DNA from: a virus
Taxonomy: Duplodnaviria > Caudoviricetes
IMG/VR virus record: IMGVR_UViG_3300031853_000038
Location: 601-64,600 of that record
Length of the DNA stretch: 64,000 nt
Strand: one strand, 5' to 3'
Shown here: piece by piece, positions 1-10,838 of the stretch
Position numbering within the stretch: the stretch's first letter is position 1
Layout: each line of letters opens with the position of its first letter
Notes under the pieces: generated by a model
Seen by the model: the letters and a program-made list of their open reading frames with translations, nothing else
What the model was told of the DNA's origin: nothing
The model's database searches: none
Position numbers and translations under genes: made by a program

Positions 1-1025
1 TTTAAACGACAACAATTTGATAGAGATGTAACGGTATCGCTTGTAAATATATTTGAATCTGACCATTTACTGTTATGATTATTTGCCCATCGTGCGAATT
101 CTTCATCTTCAAATTTACCATCTTTATAAATAAGTGATATAGAACTTACTGGAAAAGTCATAACATTTTTAGATTTAATTCCACTCATTTCACTTAAAAA
201 CATCTTTTGAAATTTAACTATTTCCTCAAGGCTATCAATCATTGGCTCTCCATTTGGAAACAAGGCGCCGCCGAATAAAGCTATTAAATAAGGTCTATCA
301 AAAAAGTTTACATTAGTAAAAGCACTTTGAATGGAATCTCTTACGGCTGGCTGATTAATTGCATATACTAAACGTTGAACATTTTGCTTTGCATATGTCT
401 TTTCTGAGCCAGATGTTTTAATACCTAAATAATTTTTATCAACATCTTGTTTCCAAAAATAATACATATATGGAATTAAATCGGGCATTCCGCAAGCACC
501 GGACGTAAGGTTAGATGTATAACTAACAAACTCTTTCACAAAATCAACAAAAGTTGTTAAATGTTGCGCGGGCTCATAATTAAAATCATCAAGAAAGAAT
601 AAACCTTCTTCGGCTAGTCTACGCAAAGTATATGCGTAACAATATGGTTTGAGCGTGGCTGTGTCTGCATCATGTAAATAAAGACTCTTATTCCACTCTT
701 TTTCAAGCCATTGATTAGCAGTTTTAAAACCATATTTTTTATTTAATTCATAATGAATTTTATTAAATGCAAGTAATTTTCTATGAGGTTTGGGCATTTC
801 ATTAGCTAGTGTTCTTGCATCTTTATTTTTAACATTGGAACTACCGTCAGTAGGAGAAGCGTCTGCGACAGTTTCATTATCAATAAAATTATCAATAAAA
901 TCAGTATAATTTAACTGTTCATCTGCAAAACCATTAATTCTTGCAAACTCTTCTCCATATTCTGCTTGCATTTTATTATAAGCAGTTGTAAAATTTTTAC
1001 TTAGTCGTACATGTATATCTGCCAT
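1..1025 (-). CDS. nrdD: Anaerobic (class III) ribonucleoside-triphosphate reductase, N-terminal part; runs off the window edge
   Basis: Manually translated open frame from ATG at 1025 (MADIHVRLSKNF...LYLHDADTATLKPYCYAY...SGACGMPD...TSLSNCCRLK); HD..PYC and SNCCR motifs typical of phage NrdD; next to a glutaredoxin. Missing from the ORF track because it is truncated. Confidence 0.85.
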   Translation of the reverse strand, partial: MADIHVRLSKNFTTAYNKMQAEYGEEFARINGFADEQLNYTDFIDNFIDNETVADASPTDGSSNVKNKDARTLANEMPKPHRKLLAFNKIHYELNKKYGFKTANQWLEKEWNKSLYLHDADTATLKPYCYAYTLRRLAEEGLFFLDDFNYEPAQHLTTFVDFVKEFVSYTSNLTSGACGMPDLIPYMYYFWKQDVDKNYLGIKTSGSEKTYAKQNVQRLVYAINQPAVRDSIQSAFTNVNFFDRPYLIALFGGALFPNGEPMIDSLEEIVKFQKMFLSEMSGIKSKNVMTFPVSSISLIYKDGKFEDEEFARWANNHNSKWSDSNIFTSDTVTSLSNCCRL

Positions 1026-1028
1026 ATT

Positions 1029-1253
1029 TTAACCTCCTAATCGTTGGATGCCTTCAGCCGTATTTAGTAATTGAACAGCTTCTCCAAAATTAACTAAATT
1101 TCCATCTTCTTCAACGATTACAGGAACAGTTTGAACACCATAAGATAAGATTTTATCTTCATCATTTTCAATTTTATACTTAATATTAGCATTATTAAGT
1201 TTTGTTTCTAATATTTTACAAGCGGGGCAGCCCGTAGATAATACCTTTATCAT
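1029..1253 (-). CDS. nrdH: Glutaredoxin-like protein (NrdH-like)
   Basis: 74 aa, CPAC redox motif, TVP motif, directly upstream of nrdD. Confidence 0.7.
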   Translation of the reverse strand: MIKVLSTGCPACKILETKLNNANIKYKIENDEDKILSYGVQTVPVIVEEDGNLVNFGEAVQLLNTAEGIQRLGG

Positions 1254-1447
1254 GCTTCATCCTCCCTTATATCACAATAAACACAAATTCCATTTTCAAA
1301 TTTATGTTCACATTGTTTTCTTAATTGATTATTTTCTTGTATAAGTTTTGCAATTCGTGTATCCAAAACAAAAACTTCTGGTCTAAAGCTCTGGTTAATT
1401 TTAGCATTATTCTTGTCTATTTGCTCTCTAATTTGAAAACCAGTCAT
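1250..1447 (-). CDS. Small hypothetical protein with C-terminal CxH...CxxC zinc finger
   Basis: ORF track; overlapping stop/start coupling with neighbours. Confidence 0.5.
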   Translation of the reverse strand: MTGFQIREQIDKNNAKINQSFRPEVFVLDTRIAKLIQENNQLRKQCEHKFENGICVYCDIREDEA

Positions 1448-1459
1448 TCCTTTTTCCTC

Positions 1460-2572
1460 CTATAATATTTCTGTTAAGCAGCTTTCATAAAATTTCTTAA
1501 ATAAATTATAATTGGCTACTCGTATATAAGCAAAGATTTCTCTTGCTCTTTCTATTGTCAAACTTCTTTTATATCTATATTCAGATTTAAAATTTTGTAC
1601 AAACTTATATAAAGAGTTTTTCTTTCTTCCATTTGTAAAAAAGACAGGGTTCATTTCACATAAACTACCATTAAATAAATCTAATAATAGAAAAAAATCT
1701 TCCCAAATCTTATCTGTAAAGAAGTTATCATCATAAATAAGTGAAATTCTTTTACGGTTCGTACAAGCAATTATAAACTGATCGTACATTTTTTCTACAC
1801 CATTATCCACAAAATCTTGTTGATCCTTAAAACCATAAGTAACAATATATTGTATAGACTTTGAACTGTTTTGAAGAGGAGAAACCTTTAAAAAATGTTT
1901 AAAATAATCTGTTGACATCAATCCATAATAATTTAGATTAAAGAAGGCGGCAGAGCTTCGAAAATATATCCATTTCTCCATATCTTCTTCATTATAAACT
2001 TGTATTGGAAATTTTGTGCTTATCGCATTTATCCCCACTTGTTTCTCTGGATTCTTCTCTAACATTTTTTTAATTACTACTTCACTATCTTTTATTTTAT
2101 TTAAATCATAGTCGTGAAAGAAATAATTATACCCTTTAGACATATCAATTTGTTTTTCAAAATCGCCCCAAATCGTTTTCCCATCTAAGGATAAACGCAT
2201 ATGGCGGCAATTTAAGCATTTCTTAAAAGTTTCTCTATTCTTTTTAAAATCTCCAAAGCTGTCCATCATTTTATCATAAATAGAAGTATCGGGAACCAAA
2301 GTTTCAATTTCTTTTGGTAAAGGAATATATTTATTATTAGAATAGCTTAATCCACCATAGAGAATATTATCATATTTTAATAAGTCTGGAAAATCCCCAT
2401 CATCATAGTCTTTTCTATAAACAAATGTATTAAAAAGGGCAGGATTAAAAAGGGGAGATAATACAGTTATTTCCCCTTTATTTTTATAATATGCAGAATA
2501 TTTCATTAATTCAAGATTTGGCGCAGTATGGATATAGGTAGCCATATCTGCATCATATAATCCTACACTCAT
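1460..2572 (-). CDS. Hypothetical protein; N-terminus resembles phage radical-SAM-associated proteins (PNLxLMKxSAYYK) but has no CxxxCxxC motif
   Basis: 370 aa ORF coupled to the dnaE stop; motif similarity recalled, not searched. Confidence 0.5.
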   Translation of the reverse strand: MSVGLYDADMATYIHTAPNLELMKYSAYYKNKGEITVLSPLFNPALFNTFVYRKDYDDGDFPDLLKYDNILYGGLSYSNNKYIPLPKEIETLVPDTSIYDKMMDSFGDFKKNRETFKKCLNCRHMRLSLDGKTIWGDFEKQIDMSKGYNYFFHDYDLNKIKDSEVVIKKMLEKNPEKQVGINAISTKFPIQVYNEEDMEKWIYFRSSAAFFNLNYYGLMSTDYFKHFLKVSPLQNSSKSIQYIVTYGFKDQQDFVDNGVEKMYDQFIIACTNRKRISLIYDDNFFTDKIWEDFFLLLDLFNGSLCEMNPVFFTNGRKKNSLYKFVQNFKSEYRYKRSLTIERAREIFAYIRVANYNLFKKFYESCLTEIL

Positions 2573-5500
2573 TCTATTTCATCTCTCTCTGTTTTAGTTT
2601 CCAAAGTTCCATCATCATTTATTTTTGTGATTAATTCAACCATATGATATGGAGTTGACTTATATTTCTTACATACAAATTCATTACTTCCGCGGCGAAT
2701 ACCAGTAACAATAATTTTATTTCCTCTTTTTAGCCAAGAACGTTCTACTATTGTCTTTTTTCCAGTAATGGGATTTTTAACTGAAATTTGTTTATCATAA
2801 TTTGTAAATGCGTCTCCGTAAATTTTTACAATAACAATCCCATTTTTAGTTAACAAAGTAACAGTTTTTCTTGTTTTGTCTCTGTCTAATACCGTGCCCA
2901 TAATCCTTGTAATTTTATATAATGGAATTACACGATTATTTTTTTTAAAAGTTTTTTCGATTTGAGGCTCTTCTGGCAAAGAGAAAAAATCTTCACAATT
3001 ATATAAATATTCATCTATATCTTCTAATTCATGTGTTTTAAAATAACAAGAAACGGAGTCCATTTCCCATTTACTATTTGTTCCATCACAATACTTATTC
3101 CACAAATCTTGATATAACCTTTCATTAATCTTATCTTTTAACTCCTCACTATGCTCTTTTACCCATGGTCTTATAATATCCATTTCTTTCTTATAATACT
3201 TTTTTTCCCATAAATCTTTGTTTATAGCAAAGCCACTTTCAGATTTTTCGTTCGGAGAAAGATCGTCAAAATCGCAATTTTTCTCATAAAATTTATAAGC
3301 GATGTTATCCAGCAACAAAATGTCTGCGTCTTTAAATTCTTTTTTCTTGATATATTTCGTAAAATTATAAAAGCGTTTTTGTCTGTCATATTTTTCTGGT
3401 ATCAAATTAAAATCAATAAGCATTTTCATATTTTGCAGAGTAACTCTTTTCTTCTTATCCGCTACTTCGTTAATATACTCAGATAATATATTATTTTTAT
3501 CTCCTATGCTATCAAATGCTCCGCTTTTTATTAAATTTACCATTTTCGGTTTGCTCAACTTTATTTTTGACATAAAATCTTTTAAATCTTGATAGGGTCT
3601 GTTTTCTATAATATCTTTGATAATAGTTTTTCCGACAGAAGTAATTCCGCTTAATCCAAACCTAATGCTATTTGTTTTGACGTCTGGGGTAAAAGTAAAA
3701 CTAGATTTATTGATGTCTGGTGGAGAAACTTTTATTCCAGCCATATTCATTTTTCCAATAGCTGCCGCAATTTTCCCGTAATTATGTTTATCTGCTTTTT
3801 TCTTTTGTTTTCTTTTGGTATTTATAACATCTTCATTTTCCGCTTCATTTTCTTCTTCATCCTCAATATCATCTTCATTTTCGTCATAATCTCCATCTAT
3901 CTCTTCTGCGCCGCCGCTATCACTAATAAGACAAGCGCAATCCCAATAAATTTCAGGATACGAAGTAGCAAGATATAAAGTTTGTATTCCTACAAAAGAG
4001 TAAGCCAATGCGTGAGGTTCTGCGAACGAATAAGACATTTGTGGCGCCATACAAGTTTTCCACACATATTCTGCCAAATTTTCGCTATTGCATCCAGAAA
4101 TAAATTTTTCCTTTAATTTTGGAACTTCGCTTATTTTTTTCTTCGCAACAATTTTTCTAGCTAAGTTTGCGTCTTTAAGAGAAAAATTCGCAACATTCAT
4201 ACAAATCAACATCAATTTTTCTTGCGTCGTTGGGCAACCAGATGTGGGCAGGTAAAATGGTTCTATTTTTTTTATTTCTTCTTTTGTTAAACCATACTCA
4301 TTAACTTCCTCATACCATTGAGACATATCGTCCCTTAGTCTAATATATCTTTCTATTGGACGCTCCTGACCTTTTTCTCCAACCAGTCTAGTTAATGCAT
4401 TTGCCATCATCATTTCTGTTGGATTTTTCGGTTTAATTGATGTTGCTGCCTGCAAACCTACTTGTGTTGAAAATTGAAAGATGTCTAATATATTACCTTG
4501 ACCGAGGGCACTCCAAATTTTTTCGTCCTCGATATTTAAGCTTTTAGGGTGTAAATATTTATTATAGACTTCTCTTAATGGCATTTGAGGAAGTAACGAG
4601 TCTCTTTGTAATAATTGAATTGTAGAAATAAGCCTGTCGCATATTTCTGTAAGTAAAAAATCAAATTTTACATCTCCACACTTTTCCGCTTGATGGAGTG
4701 AGAATTGAGTAATTAAATCTCCACCTGGACTTCTCATTAACGCGCCAGTTTCGCAGCATGAGTTATTATATATAATGACACCAGATGCATGAGTACTTCT
4801 TGTTGAAATTAGTCCTTCAATGCGTTTAACAATATCTAATAATCCCGGATATTTATTTATTTCATTTATAAATGTTTGATTTGGTTTACGATCTTTTTCT
4901 TCGTTTCCATATAACATCTCTGAAATCGTCCATGTGATACCACGTTCTGATGGAATTAAGCTTGAAATATAATGAGCCACATCAATATCAATACCTTCAG
5001 GAAATTCGGCAGACCGATATCCTCTGCAGGCCGTCAAGATCGCAGCGCGTGGTGCGATAGTTGTAAAAGTAGCAACTTGTAGAAGATTTGTTTCGCCAAT
5101 TTGTTCTCTTATTTTCTGAAAGATTCTTGGACGTTTTGAAGGAGCTAGATCTATATCAATATCTGGAAGTTCAGCACGATCTTTATTTAAAAATCTAAAT
5201 GAAGGCAAGTTATAATCCAGAGGATCTAATTGAGTAATTCCTAATAAATAATTTGATAAGAAACAGACAGCGCTTCCACGTCCAGGTCCAACGATTGAAC
5301 CACACTCCCAAAAAAGGTCTATATAACTTTGAAATGTATTAAAATAGGCAAACAAATTATTATTTATTTTTTTTCCTATATTTCTTATAACATCCGCCTC
5401 TTCTTCTAATCTTGCTAAATATGCGTCGTCGTTGGACTTTTCTATATTCTTCAAACCGCTTAAACACTCATTTATCCAATACCTCTCATTCTTATCATCG

Positions 5501-6507
5501 CTTAGTAATAACTTGTATAAAGTTTGATATTTTTCTAGGTGAGGATTTGTTTTTTTAGGATATATTTTAACATCTGTAAAAGGAATTATAGGAGAATTAT
5601 TTAAATCATAATGTTTAATTTTATTTTGAATTTCTAAAGAGTTTACACAGATCTCCTCAAATTCCTCTATAGAAAAGACACCGCCACAATTTTGAAATGC
5701 TTCTTCATCATCCATAAGATATGCGTAGTAATAGAAATCATCGACTTCTCTTTCTCCGTTTTTTGAATTTAGAAAAGCTTTATGAATCTCTCTCTCACTT
5801 GCCGAAAGATAGTGAGCGTCTCCGCCAAAAACTAGTTTTATTCCAAGCCCGCGAGCTATATCTTTTATTCTTTTATTATATTTAACCTGATCTTTTGATG
5901 CACTTGGCGCGACCTCTAAATAAAAGTCTTTTCCAAATAAATCTCTACAAAAGTTACAAAAATTTAAAATTTCAATTTTCTTATCGTATATCGCTTTCTT
6001 ATCCTCTGATTTTTCTAACTCAATTAGTTCAAGAGTTAAATGCGCAACTTCCGATCCTAAACAAGCAGAGCTGGCAATTAATGAGTCTGGGTATTTTCTC
6101 ACTATTGTTGTTAATTCTTGTTTGGTAATTGGGACTCTTTCCATTCCACGATAATTATATAGATTGTACCAAGCAGTTGATGAAATTTCTCTTAATGCAC
6201 GATGCCCCTGCTCGTTTTTCGCAATTAAAATAAAATGCCAAAACTTTTGATCTTTTTTCCTATCATCAATTAAATAAATTTCGTCTCCAAGAGCACAAAC
6301 AAAACCTTCAGGGATTTTTTGTTGCTCTTTTAATTCTTTTTCTGCTTCAAGCCAATCCACGTGCCCACTCAATGATTCATGGTCTGTTAATGTTATACCA
6401 GATAAGCCCAAATCTGCCGCTCTTTGTATTAAATCTTTTGGCTTATTAATGCAATCTATTAAACGTAAATTGCTATATATTGAATGTGAATGTATCTCAA
6501 ATCTCAT
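2569..6507 (-). CDS. dnaE: DNA polymerase III alpha subunit (family C)
   Basis: PHP domain (HSHS, TDHE, GGDAHY), GPGRGSA, PDIDID catalytic motif, IRFGLSGI HhH region, C-terminal OB fold. Confidence 0.95.
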   Translation of the reverse strand: MRFEIHSHSIYSNLRLIDCINKPKDLIQRAADLGLSGITLTDHESLSGHVDWLEAEKELKEQQKIPEGFVCALGDEIYLIDDRKKDQKFWHFILIAKNEQGHRALREISSTAWYNLYNYRGMERVPITKQELTTIVRKYPDSLIASSACLGSEVAHLTLELIELEKSEDKKAIYDKKIEILNFCNFCRDLFGKDFYLEVAPSASKDQVKYNKRIKDIARGLGIKLVFGGDAHYLSASEREIHKAFLNSKNGEREVDDFYYYAYLMDDEEAFQNCGGVFSIEEFEEICVNSLEIQNKIKHYDLNNSPIIPFTDVKIYPKKTNPHLEKYQTLYKLLLSDDKNERYWINECLSGLKNIEKSNDDAYLARLEEEADVIRNIGKKINNNLFAYFNTFQSYIDLFWECGSIVGPGRGSAVCFLSNYLLGITQLDPLDYNLPSFRFLNKDRAELPDIDIDLAPSKRPRIFQKIREQIGETNLLQVATFTTIAPRAAILTACRGYRSAEFPEGIDIDVAHYISSLIPSERGITWTISEMLYGNEEKDRKPNQTFINEINKYPGLLDIVKRIEGLISTRSTHASGVIIYNNSCCETGALMRSPGGDLITQFSLHQAEKCGDVKFDFLLTEICDRLISTIQLLQRDSLLPQMPLREVYNKYLHPKSLNIEDEKIWSALGQGNILDIFQFSTQVGLQAATSIKPKNPTEMMMANALTRLVGEKGQERPIERYIRLRDDMSQWYEEVNEYGLTKEEIKKIEPFYLPTSGCPTTQEKLMLICMNVANFSLKDANLARKIVAKKKISEVPKLKEKFISGCNSENLAEYVWKTCMAPQMSYSFAEPHALAYSFVGIQTLYLATSYPEIYWDCACLISDSGGAEEIDGDYDENEDDIEDEEENEAENEDVINTKRKQKKKADKHNYGKIAAAIGKMNMAGIKVSPPDINKSSFTFTPDVKTNSIRFGLSGITSVGKTIIKDIIENRPYQDLKDFMSKIKLSKPKMVNLIKSGAFDSIGDKNNILSEYINEVADKKKRVTLQNMKMLIDFNLIPEKYDRQKRFYNFTKYIKKKEFKDADILLLDNIAYKFYEKNCDFDDLSPNEKSESGFAINKDLWEKKYYKKEMDIIRPWVKEHSEELKDKINERLYQDLWNKYCDGTNSKWEMDSVSCYFKTHELEDIDEYLYNCEDFFSLPEEPQIEKTFKKNNRVIPLYKITRIMGTVLDRDKTRKTVTLLTKNGIVIVKIYGDAFTNYDKQISVKNPITGKKTIVERSWLKRGNKIIVTGIRRGSNEFVCKKYKSTPYHMVELITKINDDGTLETKTERDEIE

Positions 6508-6518
6508 TTATAAACTCC

Positions 6519-7385
6519 TTATATATATTTCCAATAATATCCATATGCAGTTTTATTATTTCTTGCAGCATACGCTATTCCAGCGTGGCTTTTATTTAAT
6601 GAGCGGCCCGCGGCAGAAGCAGATTCAAACTCTTCAATAATATTCCCTTCTAAGTCTATTTTTTGAACTCTTTTCTTATTGCTTCCAACTTTTGATTTTG
6701 ATGCTACAATGAGCACTATCTCTTCAATATTGTCATCATCTACATACTGCCAAATATAATTATATGCCGTCAACAGTCTACCTGTGCAAGAACTGCAGAT
6801 TGAACCATGGCCTTTGCCAATATATCTTGCTGCGGCAGATGCCGATTCAAAGGTGTTTAAAAGCTCGCCTTCTAAACTATATTGGTTAACAGGTTTTCTA
6901 CTGTGTCTTCCAGCATATTCAGCCCTCCTAGCAAGCGTCATTTCTTCTGTGACACCGACAGAGCGTAAAATATGTCTAACTGTCTTTATATCAATATGTA
7001 GCCGCTCACTTATTTGGACAACTGTGAAACCATCATTCCAAAAATTTGATACTTCCTGTTTTAATATGGGTGCCGGACCATTTTGAGATAAAACTAAATT
7101 ATATCCATTACAATCATCAAAACCTACGTAACTTCTAAACTTGGTTATATATTCTGTTTCAATTTTAAATCTTTCTTCATCTGGACATTCTCTAATTTGC
7201 TCAACCGAAAAATTTTCAATTCCGTATTTCCGCATTGCGTTATACAAATATTCTGTAAATTGTGTGTTTCTTGCTCTTGTTTTATGCTGATTCCATCTAA
7301 TTTGCACTGTACGCGTCGTTTCTCCAATATATACTTTTCCATTAATATTATTTGTTATTTTATAAATATAAGCCATATAATTCAC
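6519..7385 (-). CDS. Free-standing GIY-YIG homing endonuclease with NUMOD1-like repeats
   Basis: YIYKITNNINGKVYIGET; repeated 'VNQYSLEGELLNTFESASAAAR' and 'VQKIDLEGNIIEEFESASAAGR' modules. Confidence 0.9.
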   Translation of the reverse strand: MNYMAYIYKITNNINGKVYIGETTRTVQIRWNQHKTRARNTQFTEYLYNAMRKYGIENFSVEQIRECPDEERFKIETEYITKFRSYVGFDDCNGYNLVLSQNGPAPILKQEVSNFWNDGFTVVQISERLHIDIKTVRHILRSVGVTEEMTLARRAEYAGRHSRKPVNQYSLEGELLNTFESASAAARYIGKGHGSICSSCTGRLLTAYNYIWQYVDDDNIEEIVLIVASKSKVGSNKKRVQKIDLEGNIIEEFESASAAGRSLNKSHAGIAYAARNNKTAYGYYWKYI

Positions 7386-7637
7386 CTCTGCTTATAAGTA
7401 AAAAAATGAATTAGTTAATATATCAAATTGAACATAATATTAATCTTTTTCTATTTGGAAAAGATTTTCTCATTTTCTATATATATTATAACATATTTTC
7501 AATAAAAAATCAAGTTTCTTTTGAAGCGTAGATATATAAATGTTCTACAGCTTTAAAGTTATTTTATTGGTTATATTATCTTTTTCAGCTTTAGCGGTTT
7601 TTTAAGAAAAATAGTAATTTTATCTATTCCCTCTGTT

Positions 7638-9368
7638 TTAAAATCCGTATTCTCCATCTAAAACCTCATAAGCATCTATAAATAATTGTGGAGTGGTTCT
7701 ATTCCCCCACGTATTTATATTTGCGTGACCAACTATATTTAATTTTATATCTCCATTGTATTCAGATAGTTCTTGAATTAAATCTTTTGCAAAAAATTTA
7801 ATATAAGTAACTCCAAATTTTTCAATCTTTAAAGTATCTTTTCTAGCTCCAATAACTTGGATTTCTTGCGGTGTCACATTTATATCTTTTATAAAAATTT
7901 TGTCCTCTGGACAATTCTGCCCCCAGACTTCAGGATATTTGCCAATATCGAAAATTATGTCTTTTACATCTTCATCAGCTGCACTTCTAATAAAATTAAC
8001 ATCATAATAGGCTTCACCAAAATCTATATCTACCAATTCTTCATTGGCATATTCATTCACACGATCTAATGCCTCTTCTCTAAACGAGGTGCCTGCCGCG
8101 TTCGCGTGGCCACTGACGTATTCAAACAACCCGCTATCAGTTAAAAATTGCTTAAAATTAGTTAATGGAGAATTGTTAACTCCCCTCATACTTCCACGAA
8201 AATACCCTTCATCGTTTAATCTAACTATAATAGTTGGTTTCTTAAATTTAGCACTTAATCTCATACAAAGTAATCCATTAATCTCAGAAGGAAAATCATC
8301 ATCGTCTTCTAGAGGAATAATTAGAATCTTATTTTCCAATAATCCTAACTTATGAATACGCATTTCTAGTTTTTCGGTATTGGTTTCTAATAATTTATTC
8401 TGTCGATTGCGTGCATTGGTACATTCGCGTGCACTTTCAATGGATACTTTTTCCATAGTCCCTTTTGCACCGCGTTTATTACAAGGAACCATTCTATCTC
8501 CATCTATAAATGCAAGAAACATTCTTTCTTTTTCTTCCTGAGTACCAACTCTAATCATAGCATTAATTAAAGGAACGATATAAAAAGCTACTGTTGTTGG
8601 ATTAACTACACTTCCCATAGAATAATCTTGTTTTTCAACTAGTGCCTTAAAAAACTTATTCTTAATATTATTAAAACCTGTTTTCATAAAATATCGGTTC
8701 TCTAATTCTAAGACACTGCCCATATCTCCACAAATACCAAGCGCGGCAAGGTCAATTAAATCTTCTACATAATTTGTTCCGTTAATCCGGTCTAAATATC
8801 TACAGAACTGATAGGTAACCCCAGCTCCTGTTAACTCCTTATTTTTATAATCAGGAGAGATTTGATTATTTACAACAAAAGCAGAATTACTTATTTCTAT
8901 ATCTAATTCGTGGTGGTCTAATACTAAAGTACAACAACCTTTTTCTTTATAAATTTTTTCGTGATACTCATAATCATTACTACTTGAATCTGGACACACC
9001 ACTAAACAATAATCTTTATCACTTTCTATAATTTCTTCCCACATATCTTCAAGACCGTGCTGCTTTTTTGTATGAAGAAAATAATCTATTTCTGTTTCAG
9101 GATATAGTCGTTTAGTATATATATAAAAAATTGCGGCTGAAGTAAAACCATCACAATCACTATCAGCAACAAGTGCGATTGGTTTACCTGTATCTAAAGC
9201 CATTTTATAAGCAGTTGCGGCAGGACTTATATTTTTAAATAATCTCGGATCAGATAATAAATCCTCTGTTGGATTTAAAAATTCATCTATATCAACTACA
9301 CCTCTATAGTGCAGTAAATTTTCTAAATAATTTTCAGTATAATTTGGATTTACTAATTTAATTTGCAT
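7638..9368 (-). CDS. recJ: RecJ-like ssDNA exonuclease (DHH family)
   Basis: DSDCDG, LDHH, GHANAAG DHH/DHHA1 motifs. Confidence 0.9.
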   Translation of the reverse strand: MQIKLVNPNYTENYLENLLHYRGVVDIDEFLNPTEDLLSDPRLFKNISPAATAYKMALDTGKPIALVADSDCDGFTSAAIFYIYTKRLYPETEIDYFLHTKKQHGLEDMWEEIIESDKDYCLVVCPDSSSNDYEYHEKIYKEKGCCTLVLDHHELDIEISNSAFVVNNQISPDYKNKELTGAGVTYQFCRYLDRINGTNYVEDLIDLAALGICGDMGSVLELENRYFMKTGFNNIKNKFFKALVEKQDYSMGSVVNPTTVAFYIVPLINAMIRVGTQEEKERMFLAFIDGDRMVPCNKRGAKGTMEKVSIESARECTNARNRQNKLLETNTEKLEMRIHKLGLLENKILIIPLEDDDDFPSEINGLLCMRLSAKFKKPTIIVRLNDEGYFRGSMRGVNNSPLTNFKQFLTDSGLFEYVSGHANAAGTSFREEALDRVNEYANEELVDIDFGEAYYDVNFIRSAADEDVKDIIFDIGKYPEVWGQNCPEDKIFIKDINVTPQEIQVIGARKDTLKIEKFGVTYIKFFAKDLIQELSEYNGDIKLNIVGHANINTWGNRTTPQLFIDAYEVLDGEYGF

Positions 9369-9369
9369 T

Positions 9370-10422
9370 TTATTTCACTCTCACTCTATTTTTTATTAAT
9401 TTTTCAAAAACTTCCTCTCCTTTATCCGTCGGAGAATCTTTTAATTCTAACAAGCCTTCTGTATCATAAATAAAAGAAAAATTACAAAGATTCTCATATT
9501 TTTTACAAATTTTATATAGCTTATTAAAATATTTATCTTCTTGAGGTAGCTCTTCTTTATCAAAAGCTATTATAATTTCTTTTGGTCTACACTCTTTTAT
9601 TAATAATTTTAATTGGTATTTATTTAAATTACTTCCACACGTGGCGACGACACAATTATCTCTTTGGAACTCTTCGGCTTGTAAAACTGACTTTTCTGCT
9701 TCACAGATAATCGCTATACCATTCTTTCGAATATTATCTTTATTTTTATTTAATCCATATAAATTTAAAGATAATTTGTGAGTATACCAAGTATTTCCTA
9801 TTTTAACTGGCATATATTTACCATATAATTTTACTTCTTCTTCATTTAAAGCTCTACCTCTTATACCAATTAATTCATTATTTATATTATAATGGGGTAT
9901 GATTATTTTATTTTGAGAAATAGAATATCTTATATTAAATTTATCCATAGCTTTTTTAGATATATTATCATTTAACCACTCTATTGGATAACTTTTAATA
10001 AACAAATCTAATATACCCTCATCATAGACTTGTAATGTTGGAAGAGTTTGTCTTTTATACTTATCTCCCTTTTTTACATATTTAGTCATTTGAACGAAAT
10101 CTTCAAAATCTTTTATTACAGTACATTGTTCTGCGACATAGTAAACATCTTGAAACCAGTCATATGGAATATTTCGAGTTTCGTAATAATGTTCCAAAAA
10201 TTGAAAAATGGATAGGCTACTGCATTCACTATAGCAATAAAACTTTTTATTTGCTTTATAATAATAAAGTTTCATACTAGCGTTCGCACCGTCTTCATTA
10301 TGGCAAATTGTTTTAAAAACTACACAATCATCTTTTTCTATATAATCATCACTACCAAGTCTAGTTAATAATTTAATAACCGCTTGTGTGTTTAAATTAT
10401 CTATTATATGTTTATAATCCAT
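9370..10422 (-). CDS. dnaG: DNA primase (Zn-binding + TOPRIM)
   Basis: CH...C..C zinc site, IGIRGR, ICEAEKSV and AFDKE TOPRIM motifs; adjacent to the helicase. Confidence 0.75.
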   Translation of the reverse strand: MDYKHIIDNLNTQAVIKLLTRLGSDDYIEKDDCVVFKTICHNEDGANASMKLYYYKANKKFYCYSECSSLSIFQFLEHYYETRNIPYDWFQDVYYVAEQCTVIKDFEDFVQMTKYVKKGDKYKRQTLPTLQVYDEGILDLFIKSYPIEWLNDNISKKAMDKFNIRYSISQNKIIIPHYNINNELIGIRGRALNEEEVKLYGKYMPVKIGNTWYTHKLSLNLYGLNKNKDNIRKNGIAIICEAEKSVLQAEEFQRDNCVVATCGSNLNKYQLKLLIKECRPKEIIIAFDKEELPQEDKYFNKLYKICKKYENLCNFSFIYDTEGLLELKDSPTDKGEEVFEKLIKNRVRVK

Positions 10423-10838
10423 TAATATAACCCATCAAATAGTCCTTTCTTTTCTGTTTCAGCTTTTATACTATTTAAATCTATAACCTTTTCTTCTTCT
10501 TTCTTTTGTGTTGGAAGTATATCTTTTCCGTTATTTAATGTTGATAGAAAATCTAAATCTTCCTCATTTTCATCTGTAAACACAAAATCAACTCGTTTAT
10601 ATCCATCAACAGTATCAAACTCAGCTGTTGTTACAAATAAATCTTCTTTTCTGCAAGTTCCTAAATCTACATAACTCCAAATTTTTACGTTTGTATATCT
10701 TCCTCGTCTTACTTTATAGACGTCCATTACTTGATTTGGAATAATATTAGTTGGAATATCAGATATTAATTCTTCCTCTTCTTGTGTCACTCTACAAACA
10801 ATACACGCAACGTCACATTTATCAATGATACTTCTTGC
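10422..10838 (-). CDS. dnaB: Replicative DnaB-like helicase, exon 2
   Basis: Frame opens at 10838 with ARSIIDKCDVACIVCRVTQ, which continues exon 1 ...NEAVIRG; the ORF track starts it too late. Confidence 0.85.
   Translation of the reverse strand, partial: ARSIIDKCDVACIVCRVTQEEEELISDIPTNIIPNQVMDVYKVRRGRYTNVKIWSYVDLGTCRKEDLFVTTAEFDTVDGYKRVDFVFTDENEEDLDFLSTLNNGKDILPTQKKEEEKVIDLNSIKAETEKKGLFDGLY

Noticed and set aside
3780-3920. Intein or insertion element in dnaE (acidic/basic low-complexity stretch)
   Set aside because: No Cys/Ser start, His-Asn end or LAGLIDADG motifs; it looks like a flexible loop.
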